Positions 1 through 7,230 are shown, counted from the stretch's first letter. The stretch is DNA of 12,305 bases from a candidate division WOR-3 bacterium (GCA_016935295.1 JAFGRF010000339.1:1-12305); one strand, 5' to 3'. Program-made: numbers and translations. Notes: generated by a model from the letters alone, not told the origin.

Positions 1-1037
1 CGATTCCTGCGGGCGCCGAGCAGGCGCTACCTCAGGATGGCTGCCGTGGCGTCACCGACGACGGAGACATGGTCTATATGACCAAAGGGGCCAACACCCT
101 CGGCTTCTGGGGGTACACCATCAGCACGGCGAGCTGGACACAACTGGCCGACGTGCCTGAGGGCAAGCACAAAGTGAAGGGCGGCACCGACCTGGCCTAT
201 GTAACGGTCGGAGACGTCGGCTACGTCTATCTGCTCAAGGGACAGGGCTGCGAGTTCTACCGGTACAACACCCAGACCGGGGAGTGGTCAAGTCTGGCGG
301 ATGCGCCGTGCGGCAAGAACGGACTGTGGCTGGCCGGTTCGTGGCTCGTCTACGACGGCGACCATTCGCTCTACGCGCACAAGGCGTTGTCGCAGGAGAT
401 GTACCGCTTCGACCTCCTTTCCGGAGCCTGGGACCCCGACGCGATCGACGGCATGCCGCAGGCAGGCAGTGACGGCGGCAAGGTCCAGTTGGGTCCGGGT
501 GGTTGCGCAGCCTGGCTCGTCGGCGCGGTCTTCGCCCTGAAAGGCAACAACACGAACCAGCTCTGGGCGTACGTGCCGGGTAACGGCTGGCACGAACTCG
601 ACGCCATGCCTGAGACCGGCACGAGCGGTCAGAAGAAACGGGTACACCTCGGCGGCGATATCACCGCTACCGAGAACATGCTGTACGCCTTCAAGGGCAG
701 CAAGACCAACGAGCTCTGGCGCTGCGTCCCGTATCCCGAGCCAGGGGATGGCGGCGCAATGGCCGGACGCACACCGATCGCCAGGTTCGCGCTGAGTGTA
801 GCACCGAATCCGATGAGGCACGGCGCGGCCATCCGCTACGCTGTACCGGCTCCAACCAACGTTTCGCTCAAGCTGTACGACATCACCGGATCGCTGGCGA
901 AGACGGTCAGAAGTGGTTGGGTGAAGCCGGGCAGCTACACGGCGAAGCTCTCGCCCAAGGGCCTGGCCCGCGGCGTCTACATCCTGAAGATGAGGAGCGA
1001 CGCCTGCGACCTGACCCGGAAGGTGGTTATCGAGTAG
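1..1037 (+). CDS. 5'-partial secreted protein: kelch-like beta-propeller repeats followed by a T9SS (Por) C-terminal sorting domain
   Basis: Frame 3 stays open from nt 3 to the stop at 1035-1037 (translated by hand, no upstream stop). The Met at 69 is not followed by a signal peptide, so the true start lies beyond the window. About five ~47-aa repeats of pattern Y..KG....(F/L)W.Y......W..L...P.G (YMTKGANTLGFWGY, YLLKGQGCEFYRY, FALKGNNTNQLWAY, YAFKGSKTNELWRC). The last ~85 aa (FALSVAPNPMRHGAAIRYAVPAPTNVSLKLYDITGSLAKTV...GVYILKMRS...KVVIE) match the T9SS type-A CTD consensus (N.PNPF...T.I.Y.LP....V.L.VYD..G..V..L......G.Y....). Confidence 0.75.
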   Translation, partial: IPAGAEQALPQDGCRGVTDDGDMVYMTKGANTLGFWGYTISTASWTQLADVPEGKHKVKGGTDLAYVTVGDVGYVYLLKGQGCEFYRYNTQTGEWSSLADAPCGKNGLWLAGSWLVYDGDHSLYAHKALSQEMYRFDLLSGAWDPDAIDGMPQAGSDGGKVQLGPGGCAAWLVGAVFALKGNNTNQLWAYVPGNGWHELDAMPETGTSGQKKRVHLGGDITATENMLYAFKGSKTNELWRCVPYPEPGDGGAMAGRTPIARFALSVAPNPMRHGAAIRYAVPAPTNVSLKLYDITGSLAKTVRSGWVKPGSYTAKLSPKGLARGVYILKMRSDACDLTRKVVIE

Positions 1038-1060
1038 CCCCACTCGACTCAGGCCCATAG

Positions 1061-1100
1061 AGCGGGCGGGGTCCCACGGCTCCGCCCGTTCTCTGCCTGT
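1061..1100 (+). terminator. Putative intrinsic terminator after the T9SS cargo gene
   Basis: GC stem cgggcgg (1063-1069) pairs with ccgcccg (1082-1088) around a 12-nt loop. It is followed by a U-rich tract (gttctctgcctgtctt, 1089-1104), 24 nt after the stop codon. Confidence 0.4.
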
Positions 1101-1101
1101 C

Positions 1102-1129
1102 TTGCCGATGAAATTTCGCGCGCTATGAT
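1102..1129 (+). promoter_or_regulatory. sigma70-like promoter TTGCCG-16nt-TATGAT upstream of the S41-like/TrmB-like operon
   Basis: -35 TTGCCG at 1102-1107, 16-nt spacer, -10 TATGAT at 1124-1129. An AGGAG RBS lies at 1156-1160 and the ATG at 1175. Confidence 0.4.
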
Positions 1130-1174
1130 AGTCGCGACTCATGTGTTACTCGCACAGGAGAACAACAGCCTCTG

Positions 1175-3472
1175 ATGCCCAAATCACTTGATCCCTCAGC
1201 TCGCCTGAAGCGGCTGGAAGCGCTAGCCGACCTGTGGGGCAAGGTCGCCCTGTTCCATCCGGCGATTGTCACCAGTGATATCGACTGGAATCAGGCGCTG
1301 GTTCGGACTATTCCCAGGGTTGAGGCAGCCGAGACCCCGGAGGATTTGGCCGCGGCCATCAACGAGGAGCTGCTCCAGCCGCTGGATGACCTGCTGACGT
1401 TTGCGTGTGTGCAGGCCACAAGTCCCAAGCCGCAAGGCACAAGCCGGGACCTTGAAGCACGAAGGCTGACCGGCTCCATCGGCTATGTTCGAATCCCGCC
1501 GGCTGCGTCGCGGGGGCCCGAATTCCTCACCGATTTTCAGGCTGGGGTTGAAGCCCTGGGCAAGGTCGAGAAGATCGTGGTTGACCTGCGCTGGCCGGTC
1601 GCACTCGGCTACCGCGTGATTGACCCCGTACTCCAGTTCTTTGTCCGCACGCGGCTCTCGATGAGCCCGGTAATGAAGCGAGTCCACGTGGGCTGGAACG
1701 AGGACAACAGCCAGAGCCCGTACCAGCAGAAGTGGGAAGTGAGCGCCGGAGCTGCGCTGCAACCGATACAGGAGGCCGAGTGGTTTGTGACTGCGCTGTG
1801 TCCCGGCACAGATTTCACGCAGCTGAAGACGATTGCCTTGCCGACCGTACTCCTGGTCAACCGGCCGTTCGCAACAAGGTATTGCAGGGCCCTTGACGCG
1901 TTGCAGTCTCAGCCCGGAGTCGCAGTGGTTTTCGAGCCGAGCGGACCACCAGTGGCAGAGCAGCCTTTCCGGCTGGAGTACCCGGAGGGCTTGGTCGTGC
2001 AGCTCAACACGGAACGGCTGGTCGGGCACGCCGGGAACGGAGGATTCCGACCCGACCTCGTGGCTGATGGTGCGATTGGTTCGGACCAGCTGACCGAGGT
2101 CGCAGAGAAGGCGCGGCTCGCAGCCGCAAGCCGCAAACCACAAGCCACAAGCAGTGAGGCGGCGAACCTGGTCGATCTGACTCTGCCGGCACTGCTGTCC
2201 GGGACCGGGGAGAACCTGACCCGCGAGGAACGGCTGCTGGGTCTGTTCAAGGCCTGGAGCGTCATCCGCTACCTCGACCCGCACGTTGAGCTGTGCGACA
2301 TGGACTGGTCATCGTGCCTCTCCGATTGGATACCCAAGGTCGAGGCGGCCGACAGCCTGCTTGCGTATGCGCGCGCTCTCCGGATGCTGACCGCGCACCT
2401 GCATGACAACAACGTCTTCTACTTCTTTCCAAATCTGCCCGAACCCCAGTCGCTGCCCGTGTTCTTCGGCTGTGTGGAAGGGAAGATTGTAGTCACGGAC
2501 GTGATGGGTGCAGAAAGTGGAGGGTCGGCGACAGACCTGCAGGTTTGTGATGAGTTGGTGGAGTTCGATGGGAAGACGGTCCCAGAACTGGTTACCGACT
2601 ACCGGTTGCAGGTTTCCTACTCGACTGAAGGCGCGTTCTGCCAGCGGATGTGCGACATGCTGGCATTCGGGACTGCCGGCAGCGAGGTGAAGATGGTCGT
2701 CCGCCGCGGGGAGCAGCTCGTCCCGCTAGCCCTCAAGCGAGCAGTCACGCGGCAGGCTCGGATTGCCCATTCGGCACGCAGGCGGTCGTCGGGCGGCTAC
2801 CGGCTCCTTGACCAGGACATCGGCTACATCGACCTTGCCAGGCTCGCAAGCTTGGGCGAGTTCGAGCGTTCATTTGAGGCACTGCGTCAGGCTCGGGGCC
2901 TGATAGTCGACATCCGGGGCTATCCGGGATTCACGGTGCAGTTGGCGTTGTGCGCAAGGCTGATCGACCGGCCGATCAAGTCGGCGATCTACGAAGTTCC
3001 GATCGTGTCGGGCTATGACCGTGAGGAGCACGTCTGGAGCATCGGCCAGTACGAGGTCAAGCCCGACCCGAAGGTACACTACGGCGGTCCAGTTGTGGTG
3101 CTGGTCAACGAGAAGACCTTTGGCGGAGCCGAAGACGTTTGCATCTATCTCAGGAATGCCGAGCGAGTGACATTCGTCGGCGGGACCACTGCCGGGTGCA
3201 ACGGCAACCGAGCCTGGCTCAGCCTGCCGGGCGGCGGTCGTCTCTGGTTCACCGGCATGCGAGTGAAGTTCGGGGACGGCAGGCCATTCCAGAACATCGG
3301 CGTTGTGCCCGAAGTGCCGGCCGCGCCGACCGTCGAAGGAGTCCGCGCCGGACGGGACGAGTTGCTGGAGAAAGGACTAGAGGTCCTTCGTCAACTCGTC
3401 CGTTGTCCTTCGTCGTCCGCACCGGAACAGGCCAGAAACGAAGGACGAGACGACAAGGGACGTCAGGGCTGA
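1175..3472 (+). CDS. S41-family (C-terminal processing / tail-specific peptidase) homolog: two S41-like cores plus a PDZ domain, cytoplasmic, catalytic Ser/Lys not conserved (probable pseudo-peptidase)
   Basis: 765 aa with no N-terminal signal peptide or TM helix. Unit 1 has an S41 N-terminal helper-like segment (RLEALADLWGKVALFHP...DWNQAL), then IGYVRIP, VVDLRWPVALGY and TVLLVNRPFATRY. Unit 2 has helper-like segment 2 (LLGLFKAWSVIRYLDPHVELCDMDW), a PDZ-like segment (GKIVVTDVMG...CDELVEFDGKTV), then IGYIDLARL, LIVDIRGYPGF (cf. LIxDLRNNPGG), VVVLVNEKTFGGAEDV (cf. VLVNRGSASASE) and FVGGTTAGCNGN (cf. VGExTFGKG). The C-terminal tail (LSLPGGGRLWFTGMRV...GVVPEVP) is typical of CtpA/Prc. Confidence 0.8.
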   Translation: MPKSLDPSARLKRLEALADLWGKVALFHPAIVTSDIDWNQALVRTIPRVEAAETPEDLAAAINEELLQPLDDLLTFACVQATSPKPQGTSRDLEARRLTGSIGYVRIPPAASRGPEFLTDFQAGVEALGKVEKIVVDLRWPVALGYRVIDPVLQFFVRTRLSMSPVMKRVHVGWNEDNSQSPYQQKWEVSAGAALQPIQEAEWFVTALCPGTDFTQLKTIALPTVLLVNRPFATRYCRALDALQSQPGVAVVFEPSGPPVAEQPFRLEYPEGLVVQLNTERLVGHAGNGGFRPDLVADGAIGSDQLTEVAEKARLAAASRKPQATSSEAANLVDLTLPALLSGTGENLTREERLLGLFKAWSVIRYLDPHVELCDMDWSSCLSDWIPKVEAADSLLAYARALRMLTAHLHDNNVFYFFPNLPEPQSLPVFFGCVEGKIVVTDVMGAESGGSATDLQVCDELVEFDGKTVPELVTDYRLQVSYSTEGAFCQRMCDMLAFGTAGSEVKMVVRRGEQLVPLALKRAVTRQARIAHSARRRSSGGYRLLDQDIGYIDLARLASLGEFERSFEALRQARGLIVDIRGYPGFTVQLALCARLIDRPIKSAIYEVPIVSGYDREEHVWSIGQYEVKPDPKVHYGGPVVVLVNEKTFGGAEDVCIYLRNAERVTFVGGTTAGCNGNRAWLSLPGGGRLWFTGMRVKFGDGRPFQNIGVVPEVPAAPTVEGVRAGRDELLEKGLEVLRQLVRCPSSSAPEQARNEGRDDKGRQG
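1416..1443 (+). repeat. 4x tandem heptamer (ccacaag tcccaag ccgcaag gcacaag) inside the S41-like CDS
   Basis: Read directly from the sequence. Consensus NCNCAAG. Encodes the linker ATSPKPQGTS. Confidence 0.7.
2124..2151 (+). repeat. 4x tandem heptamer (ccgcaag ccgcaaa ccacaag ccacaag) inside the S41-like CDS, a second copy 708 bp downstream of the first
   Basis: Read directly from the sequence. Same heptamer consensus and same phase relative to the reading frame as the block at 1416-1443. Encodes the linker SRKPQATSS. Confidence 0.7.
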
Positions 3473-4554
3473 TGAAAGAACGGATGCGACCGCTGCTGGG
3501 CAGCATCGGCTTCAGCGGGCTGGAGATCGACGCCTACCTGGCGCTGCTAGAGCAGCCCAACGCATCCGGGTATCAGGTGGCTCAGAAGATAGGCAAGTTG
3601 GTAGGGAGCACCTACAAGGCGCTGGATTCGCTGCGAGCCAAAGGCGCAGTCGTCGCGAACGAAACCGCGCGGCCGACGACGTTCGTGGCATTATCGATCA
3701 GTGAATACATGGATGCGCGGCGGCGCGACCTCGAAGACCTGCAGGTGCGGATTGAACGCGAGATGGAGGACATGGCAGCCCAGCCCGCGCACGGCGGCAT
3801 CTTCGAGCTGGACAGCATCGCGCAGGTTTACGAGCGTTGCCGGAGCATGCTCCGCGGGGCGAAGGATGTTGTCCTGTTGAACATCGACGCCCGACCCTTG
3901 GCAGAGCTACGCAGCGAGCTGGTGGCGGCCGCAGACCGCGGCGTGAGAGTGCTCGTCAAAACCCGCGCGCCGGCCCGGATCCCCGGATGCGGTGTTATGG
4001 CACCAGCCAAGGCTGCCCCACCCGTCGTCGAGAGCGGGGACGAGCTGGGCGTCGTAGTGGACTACCGGGAATACGTGCAGGCATTCCTCAAGAGCGACGG
4101 TACCGGAGTCGAGGAGGCAATCTGGGTCCGGCAACCGCGTCTGGCGAGACAGGTCTGCTACCTGTTTCAGAGCGACTTCACGCTGACCCGGGTGAGGGTC
4201 ATGGTCCAGGCCGGTAAGGCGGTCAAGGCAATCGGGCGTGAGATGGACCGGCTGACCCGCATTGCCGAAGTCGAGGCCCTGCCGGAACTCCTTCCGCAGG
4301 AGTGGGTGCTCACCGACGCGAGGAAGGGAATTCAGAAGCGGCGGAAGGCGTTGGCGGCAGGCTCACAACCGCCGCCGGGTGCGATGACCTCGCAGGTCAA
4401 CAGGGTTACGTTGCGGCAGATCGAGTACATCATGGTGGCGACTTCGCGCACGGTCGTCATGGAGACGACCGCCTTGGAGCCTGCTCAGCCGCAGCCGGAC
4501 AAACCCAAACAGCTCCCCTTGGACCCGGACTCCTACGTCGAGCCTCTCTATTGA
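3472..4554 (+). CDS. TrmB-family winged-HTH transcriptional regulator
   Basis: Proposed start is the ATG at 3472-3474, which overlaps the TGA stop of the upstream gene (cTGATGa). The track ORF 3139..4554 starts with ~110 Arg-rich residues that are just the alternate frame of the S41-like gene. The N-terminal wHTH (GFSGLEIDAYLALLEQPNASGYQVAQKIGKLVGSTYKALDSLRAKGAV) resembles the TrmB HTH. It is followed by a coiled-coil segment and a TrmB-like C-terminal domain (DVVLLNIDARPLAELRSELVAAADRGVRVLV). Confidence 0.6.
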   Translation: MKERMRPLLGSIGFSGLEIDAYLALLEQPNASGYQVAQKIGKLVGSTYKALDSLRAKGAVVANETARPTTFVALSISEYMDARRRDLEDLQVRIEREMEDMAAQPAHGGIFELDSIAQVYERCRSMLRGAKDVVLLNIDARPLAELRSELVAAADRGVRVLVKTRAPARIPGCGVMAPAKAAPPVVESGDELGVVVDYREYVQAFLKSDGTGVEEAIWVRQPRLARQVCYLFQSDFTLTRVRVMVQAGKAVKAIGREMDRLTRIAEVEALPELLPQEWVLTDARKGIQKRRKALAAGSQPPPGAMTSQVNRVTLRQIEYIMVATSRTVVMETTALEPAQPQPDKPKQLPLDPDSYVEPLY

Positions 4555-4650
4555 CGATGCCTTCGGAACGATGGGTGTCGTCCTTACGATGTCCCTGAAT
4601 CGTCACGGTGGACTGGCCTCGCGGCCCAGGTCGATCCAAGCAGCCAGCAG

Positions 4651-4676
4651 ACAAAAGCGGCGGCAGAAGCCGCCGC
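4651..4676 (-). terminator. Rho-independent terminator for the - strand coiled-coil gene
   Basis: Perfect 8-bp GC stem gcggcggc (4657-4664) / gccgccgc (4669-4676) with loop agaa. On the - strand the stem is followed by UUUUGU (complement of 4651-4656), about 25 nt after the stop at 4702. There is no U-tract on the + strand side. Confidence 0.55.
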
Positions 4677-4701
4677 CGGAGGCTGGACCGTCTGTGGTCG
4701 T

Positions 4702-5322
4702 CTAGTCGCTTTCCTCCTCGTCAGCGTCGGCCTGCACCTGGATGCGTTTGATGATCTTCCTGCCCGCACCGGCCGGCAGGCCCAGGCTGATCACATCGGT
4801 TTCGTCGCCGAGGCCAAGCATGTACAGGTCGGCCATCTCCTCGGGCACGAGTTTCTTCACCGCCTGTTCGTAGTCGAGCCTGGCGTCGGCCAGCCTGGCC
4901 TTGAGCGCGTTTATCTCTTTCTTCTTGGCCACGATGTCGGAGTCCGGCTTCTTTGCCACTTCGAGCTTCTCGGTCTCCGCACGCTTGACCGCGAGGTCTG
5001 TCTTGATTTGGCCGGTCGCCTTGAGGTAGGCGATCTTGGCGTCGAGCAACTTGAGATGGTTGTCGGTGTCGAGCTTGTCCTCCAGGTCGAGGAGCTTGCC
5101 GTCCTTGAGCTTGAGGACCCGCTTCTTGCCGTCCTCGCTGATGGTGATGAGCTTGCCATCGTCACCCTTGGTGAGTGTGACGAGGTTCTCATCGTCGCCC
5201 GTGTTGACGATGATCGTCTTGTACTGCATCTTGCCCGCATCACGGTCGGTTTCGGCTGCTTGCCCGGGCACTGCGAACGCGACGCCGAAAACCACGGCCA
5301 GCGCTGGTACAAAGTACCTCAC
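4702..5322 (-). CDS. Secreted Lys/Asp/Glu-rich coiled-coil protein (hypothetical)
   Basis: Preferred start is the GTG (complement of 5320-5322), preceded by an AAGGAGG RBS (complement of 5327-5333) with a 4-nt spacer. The track Met at 5352 would put the RBS inside the coding sequence. The N-terminus VRYFVPALAVVFGVAFAVPGQAAE is a signal peptide. The mature part is highly charged, with predicted long helices (KLLDAKIAYLKATGQIKTDLAVKRAETEKLEVAKK...) and an acidic tail. Confidence 0.6.
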   Translation of the reverse strand: MRYFVPALAVVFGVAFAVPGQAAETDRDAGKMQYKTIIVNTGDDENLVTLTKGDDGKLITISEDGKKRVLKLKDGKLLDLEDKLDTDNHLKLLDAKIAYLKATGQIKTDLAVKRAETEKLEVAKKPDSDIVAKKKEINALKARLADARLDYEQAVKKLVPEEMADLYMLGLGDETDVISLGLPAGAGRKIIKRIQVQADADEEESD

Positions 5323-5499
5323 ACTACCTCCTTTGTTTGGTGTATGGTGCACTGCAGCATATAAGACGGCCAGCCCCGGCCCAGGGTTGCCGCGCCGTAG
5401 CCGGCTCCCGGTGAGCCGCCAGCGAGCCCCAGCTCGCTCAGGGCAGCGCGAGCGAAGAGAGCTCCCGCGTCACTGCGTTCCTCAGAATGACCCTGCGGG

Positions 5500-6411
5500 T
5501 CACTTCCCCACGTTCAGCAGCGGTGTGAGCTTCTGGTCGAAGGGCGTGATGACGAAGGTGTTGTTCCCGGTCGCCGCGACCGACTTGAGCATCTCGATGT
5601 AGTACCAGCTCAGGTAGCTGTTGGTGAGCGAGCCGGCGATGGTGCGGTTGCGGTCGGCGATGCCCTGTGCTTCGACCCGCTTCCGTTCGGCTTCGCGGCC
5701 CTCTTTGACCAGCGTGAACTCCATCTTCTGGGCGTTCTGGTCCTCGGCGAGCTTGAGTTCAATCGCCTGCATGACGACATCGGGCAGTTTGACCCGGCGG
5801 AGCAGCACCCGCTCGCGGATGACACCCTTGCCGCTGAAGGCGATGTCGAGGAGCGAGTCAACCGTAGATGTGTAGACGGTGCGCCCGGTCGACGAGTAGA
5901 GCTCGTTGGCCGTAAAGCGGGATGCGGCGTCGCGCAAGGCCGTGCGAATCGATGGGCGGACTATCTTGTCGATGTAGTCCGGGCCGATGTTCTGGAATAC
6001 CCAGCTTGCCCGGGTAACGTCAAGCCGGTACCAGACCGTGACGTCGAGCTCAACGGTGAGGCCGTTTGAGGCGAGGGCGTCAATCGCGTCGTCGCCCTTG
6101 AGCTGGCCTTCATCCTTCATGCCCGACATCGTGTAGGCGTTGGTGCGGACATCCATCAACGTGACGTTGACGATGGGCAGAACGATGTTCAGGCCGCTCG
6201 ACATCTGGTTCTGGACCCGGCCCAGCAGCACCGGGACCCCGGCGTGCCCGGGCGGCACGATTCGGAAAAAGGACAGCAGGAGCAGTATTGCGATGATGAC
6301 TATTGCGCCGGTGGTGATGCGACGAGCCACGGCCCGACCCTGCGGTGTCTGGCGCAGGACGAAGTAGGCGATGGCCATACCGACGATGATCAACAGTGCC
6401 AGTCCGAACAT
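5500..6411 (-). CDS. SPFH/Band-7 (prohibitin/stomatin/HflKC-like) membrane protein
   Basis: Two N-terminal hydrophobic helices (FGLALLIIVGMAIAYFVL and AIVIIAILLLLSFF). An SPFH-like core follows (GHAGVPVLLGRVQN...LPIVNVTLMDVRT...VWYRLD), then a coiled-coil C-terminus (AEDQNAQKMEFTLVKEGREAERKRVEAQGIADRNRTIA...SYLSWYYIEMLKSVAA). A strong RBS AAGGAGG sits 4 nt upstream of the ATG. Confidence 0.8.
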   Translation of the reverse strand: MFGLALLIIVGMAIAYFVLRQTPQGRAVARRITTGAIVIIAILLLLSFFRIVPPGHAGVPVLLGRVQNQMSSGLNIVLPIVNVTLMDVRTNAYTMSGMKDEGQLKGDDAIDALASNGLTVELDVTVWYRLDVTRASWVFQNIGPDYIDKIVRPSIRTALRDAASRFTANELYSSTGRTVYTSTVDSLLDIAFSGKGVIRERVLLRRVKLPDVVMQAIELKLAEDQNAQKMEFTLVKEGREAERKRVEAQGIADRNRTIAGSLTNSYLSWYYIEMLKSVAATGNNTFVITPFDQKLTPLLNVGK

Positions 6412-6553
6412 GTTGCCTCCTTTGTGTTCTTTCGGTCACCTACACTCTAGCAGAGAACCGGCTCGATGGAAGCACGACATGCCCGGAGGCCCCGGGCCTC
6501 AACTCCTCTGCCTGGACTCCGAACCGGTCGATGGCTGCGCATCGTCTGGCCCG

Positions 6554-6582
6554 TTTGACAAGCAACTCCGGCAGGATAGAAT
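6554..6582 (+). promoter_or_regulatory. Near-consensus sigma70 promoter TTGACA-17nt-TAGAAT, predicted TSS at or within 1-2 nt of the purN start codon
   Basis: -35 TTGACA at 6554-6559, 17-nt spacer, -10 TAGAAT at 6577-6582. The GTG start of purN at 6589 is 7 nt downstream of the -10. Confidence 0.5.
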
Positions 6583-6588
6583 CGAGCC

Positions 6589-7230
6589 GTGAGCAGAGTC
6601 AGTATTGCCGTGCTGGCATCCGGCCGCGGCACCAACTTCGAGGCGCTGGTCCATGCCGCCCGGCACCCCGAGACGAACGGCGAGGTCCGGCTGCTCGTCG
6701 TCAACGTCCCAGATGCGCCCGTGCTGCGGCGAGCCGAAGCCGAGCACGTGCCCGCCGCCGTCATTCCCCACCGCCGGTTCAAAACCCGGGCCGAGTTCGA
6801 GCAGGCAATGCTCGCCGAACTCAATCGCCACAACATCAACCTCGTCTGCCTGGCCGGCTTCATGCGCATCCTCTCGCCGGTGTTCGTCAATGCCTTCGCG
6901 AACCGCATCATGAACATTCACCCTTCGCTGCTGCCGATGTTCGCCGGGCTGCAGGGAATACAGGTGCATGAGGCAGTGCTGGCCGCGGGCGTGAAGGTCA
7001 CGGGCTGCACGGTTCACTTCGTGAACACCGACGTCGACGCCGGGCCGATCGCCGTCCAGCGGGCGATTGCGGTCCGCGAAGCCGACACGGCCGAGTCGCT
7101 CGCGCTGCGCGTACTGGTCGAGGAACACCAGGCCTACGCCGAGGCCGTGAAGCTATTCTGTACGGGACGGCTCCATATCGAGGGAAAGCGTGTCCGCGTC
7201 ATCGACGTCGGCAGTTCGCCCGGTGCCTGA
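6589..7230 (+). CDS. purN: Phosphoribosylglycinamide formyltransferase (GAR transformylase)
   Basis: GTG start. IAVLASGRGTNFEAL (cf. SGxGSNLQAL), NIHPSLLPMFAG, GCTVHFVNTDVDAGPI..Q. About 210 aa, typical for PurN. Confidence 0.85.
   Translation: MSRVSIAVLASGRGTNFEALVHAARHPETNGEVRLLVVNVPDAPVLRRAEAEHVPAAVIPHRRFKTRAEFEQAMLAELNRHNINLVCLAGFMRILSPVFVNAFANRIMNIHPSLLPMFAGLQGIQVHEAVLAAGVKVTGCTVHFVNTDVDAGPIAVQRAIAVREADTAESLALRVLVEEHQAYAEAVKLFCTGRLHIEGKRVRVIDVGSSPGA

Noticed and set aside
288-1142. 284-aa antisense ORF opposite the T9SS cargo gene
   Set aside because: Arg/Ala/Gly-rich low-complexity translation typical of a high-GC shadow frame. It has no recognisable domains, and the sense-strand gene has clear repeat and CTD signatures.
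1223-2284. 353-aa antisense ORF opposite the first half of the S41-like gene, plus nested ORFs 1291..1479, 1609..1860, 1909..2265 and 2004..2192
   Set aside because: Shadow ORFs in a GC-rich coding region. The sense-strand protein has strong family motifs and the antisense translations have none.
3139-3471. N-terminal 111-aa extension of the track ORF 3139..4554
   Set aside because: Arg-rich nonsense (RRRDHCRVQRQPS...RRTRRQGTSG) overlapping the real S41-like frame. The genuine TrmB-like protein starts at the TGATG at 3472.
4554-4610. Three ACGATG hexamers (4554, 4568, 4586) plus an inverted aatcgtcac in the convergent intergenic region
   Set aside because: Short, irregularly spaced (14 and 18 nt) and easily arising by chance. 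No convincing extended stem or protein-binding dyad.
4631-4650. caggtcgatccaag resembling a tRNA T-arm (GGTTCGAATCC)
   Set aside because: No complementary T-stem, acceptor stem or anticodon arm can be built around it. Not a tRNA.
5353-5400. AT-richer stretch (gcagcatataagacgg) upstream of the coiled-coil gene as a possible promoter
   Set aside because: I could not place a convincing -35/-10 pair with proper spacing on the - strand, so no promoter call was made.
5421-5438. 7-bp hairpin agcgagc-ccca-gctcgct between the SPFH gene and the coiled-coil gene
   Set aside because: No U-tract on either strand, so not a credible intrinsic terminator. The two genes are more likely co-transcribed.
6396-7128. 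ORFs 6396..6971 (+) and 6499..7128 (-) overlapping purN
   Set aside because: Alternate-frame and antisense shadows. The purN frame carries all the conserved PurN motifs.
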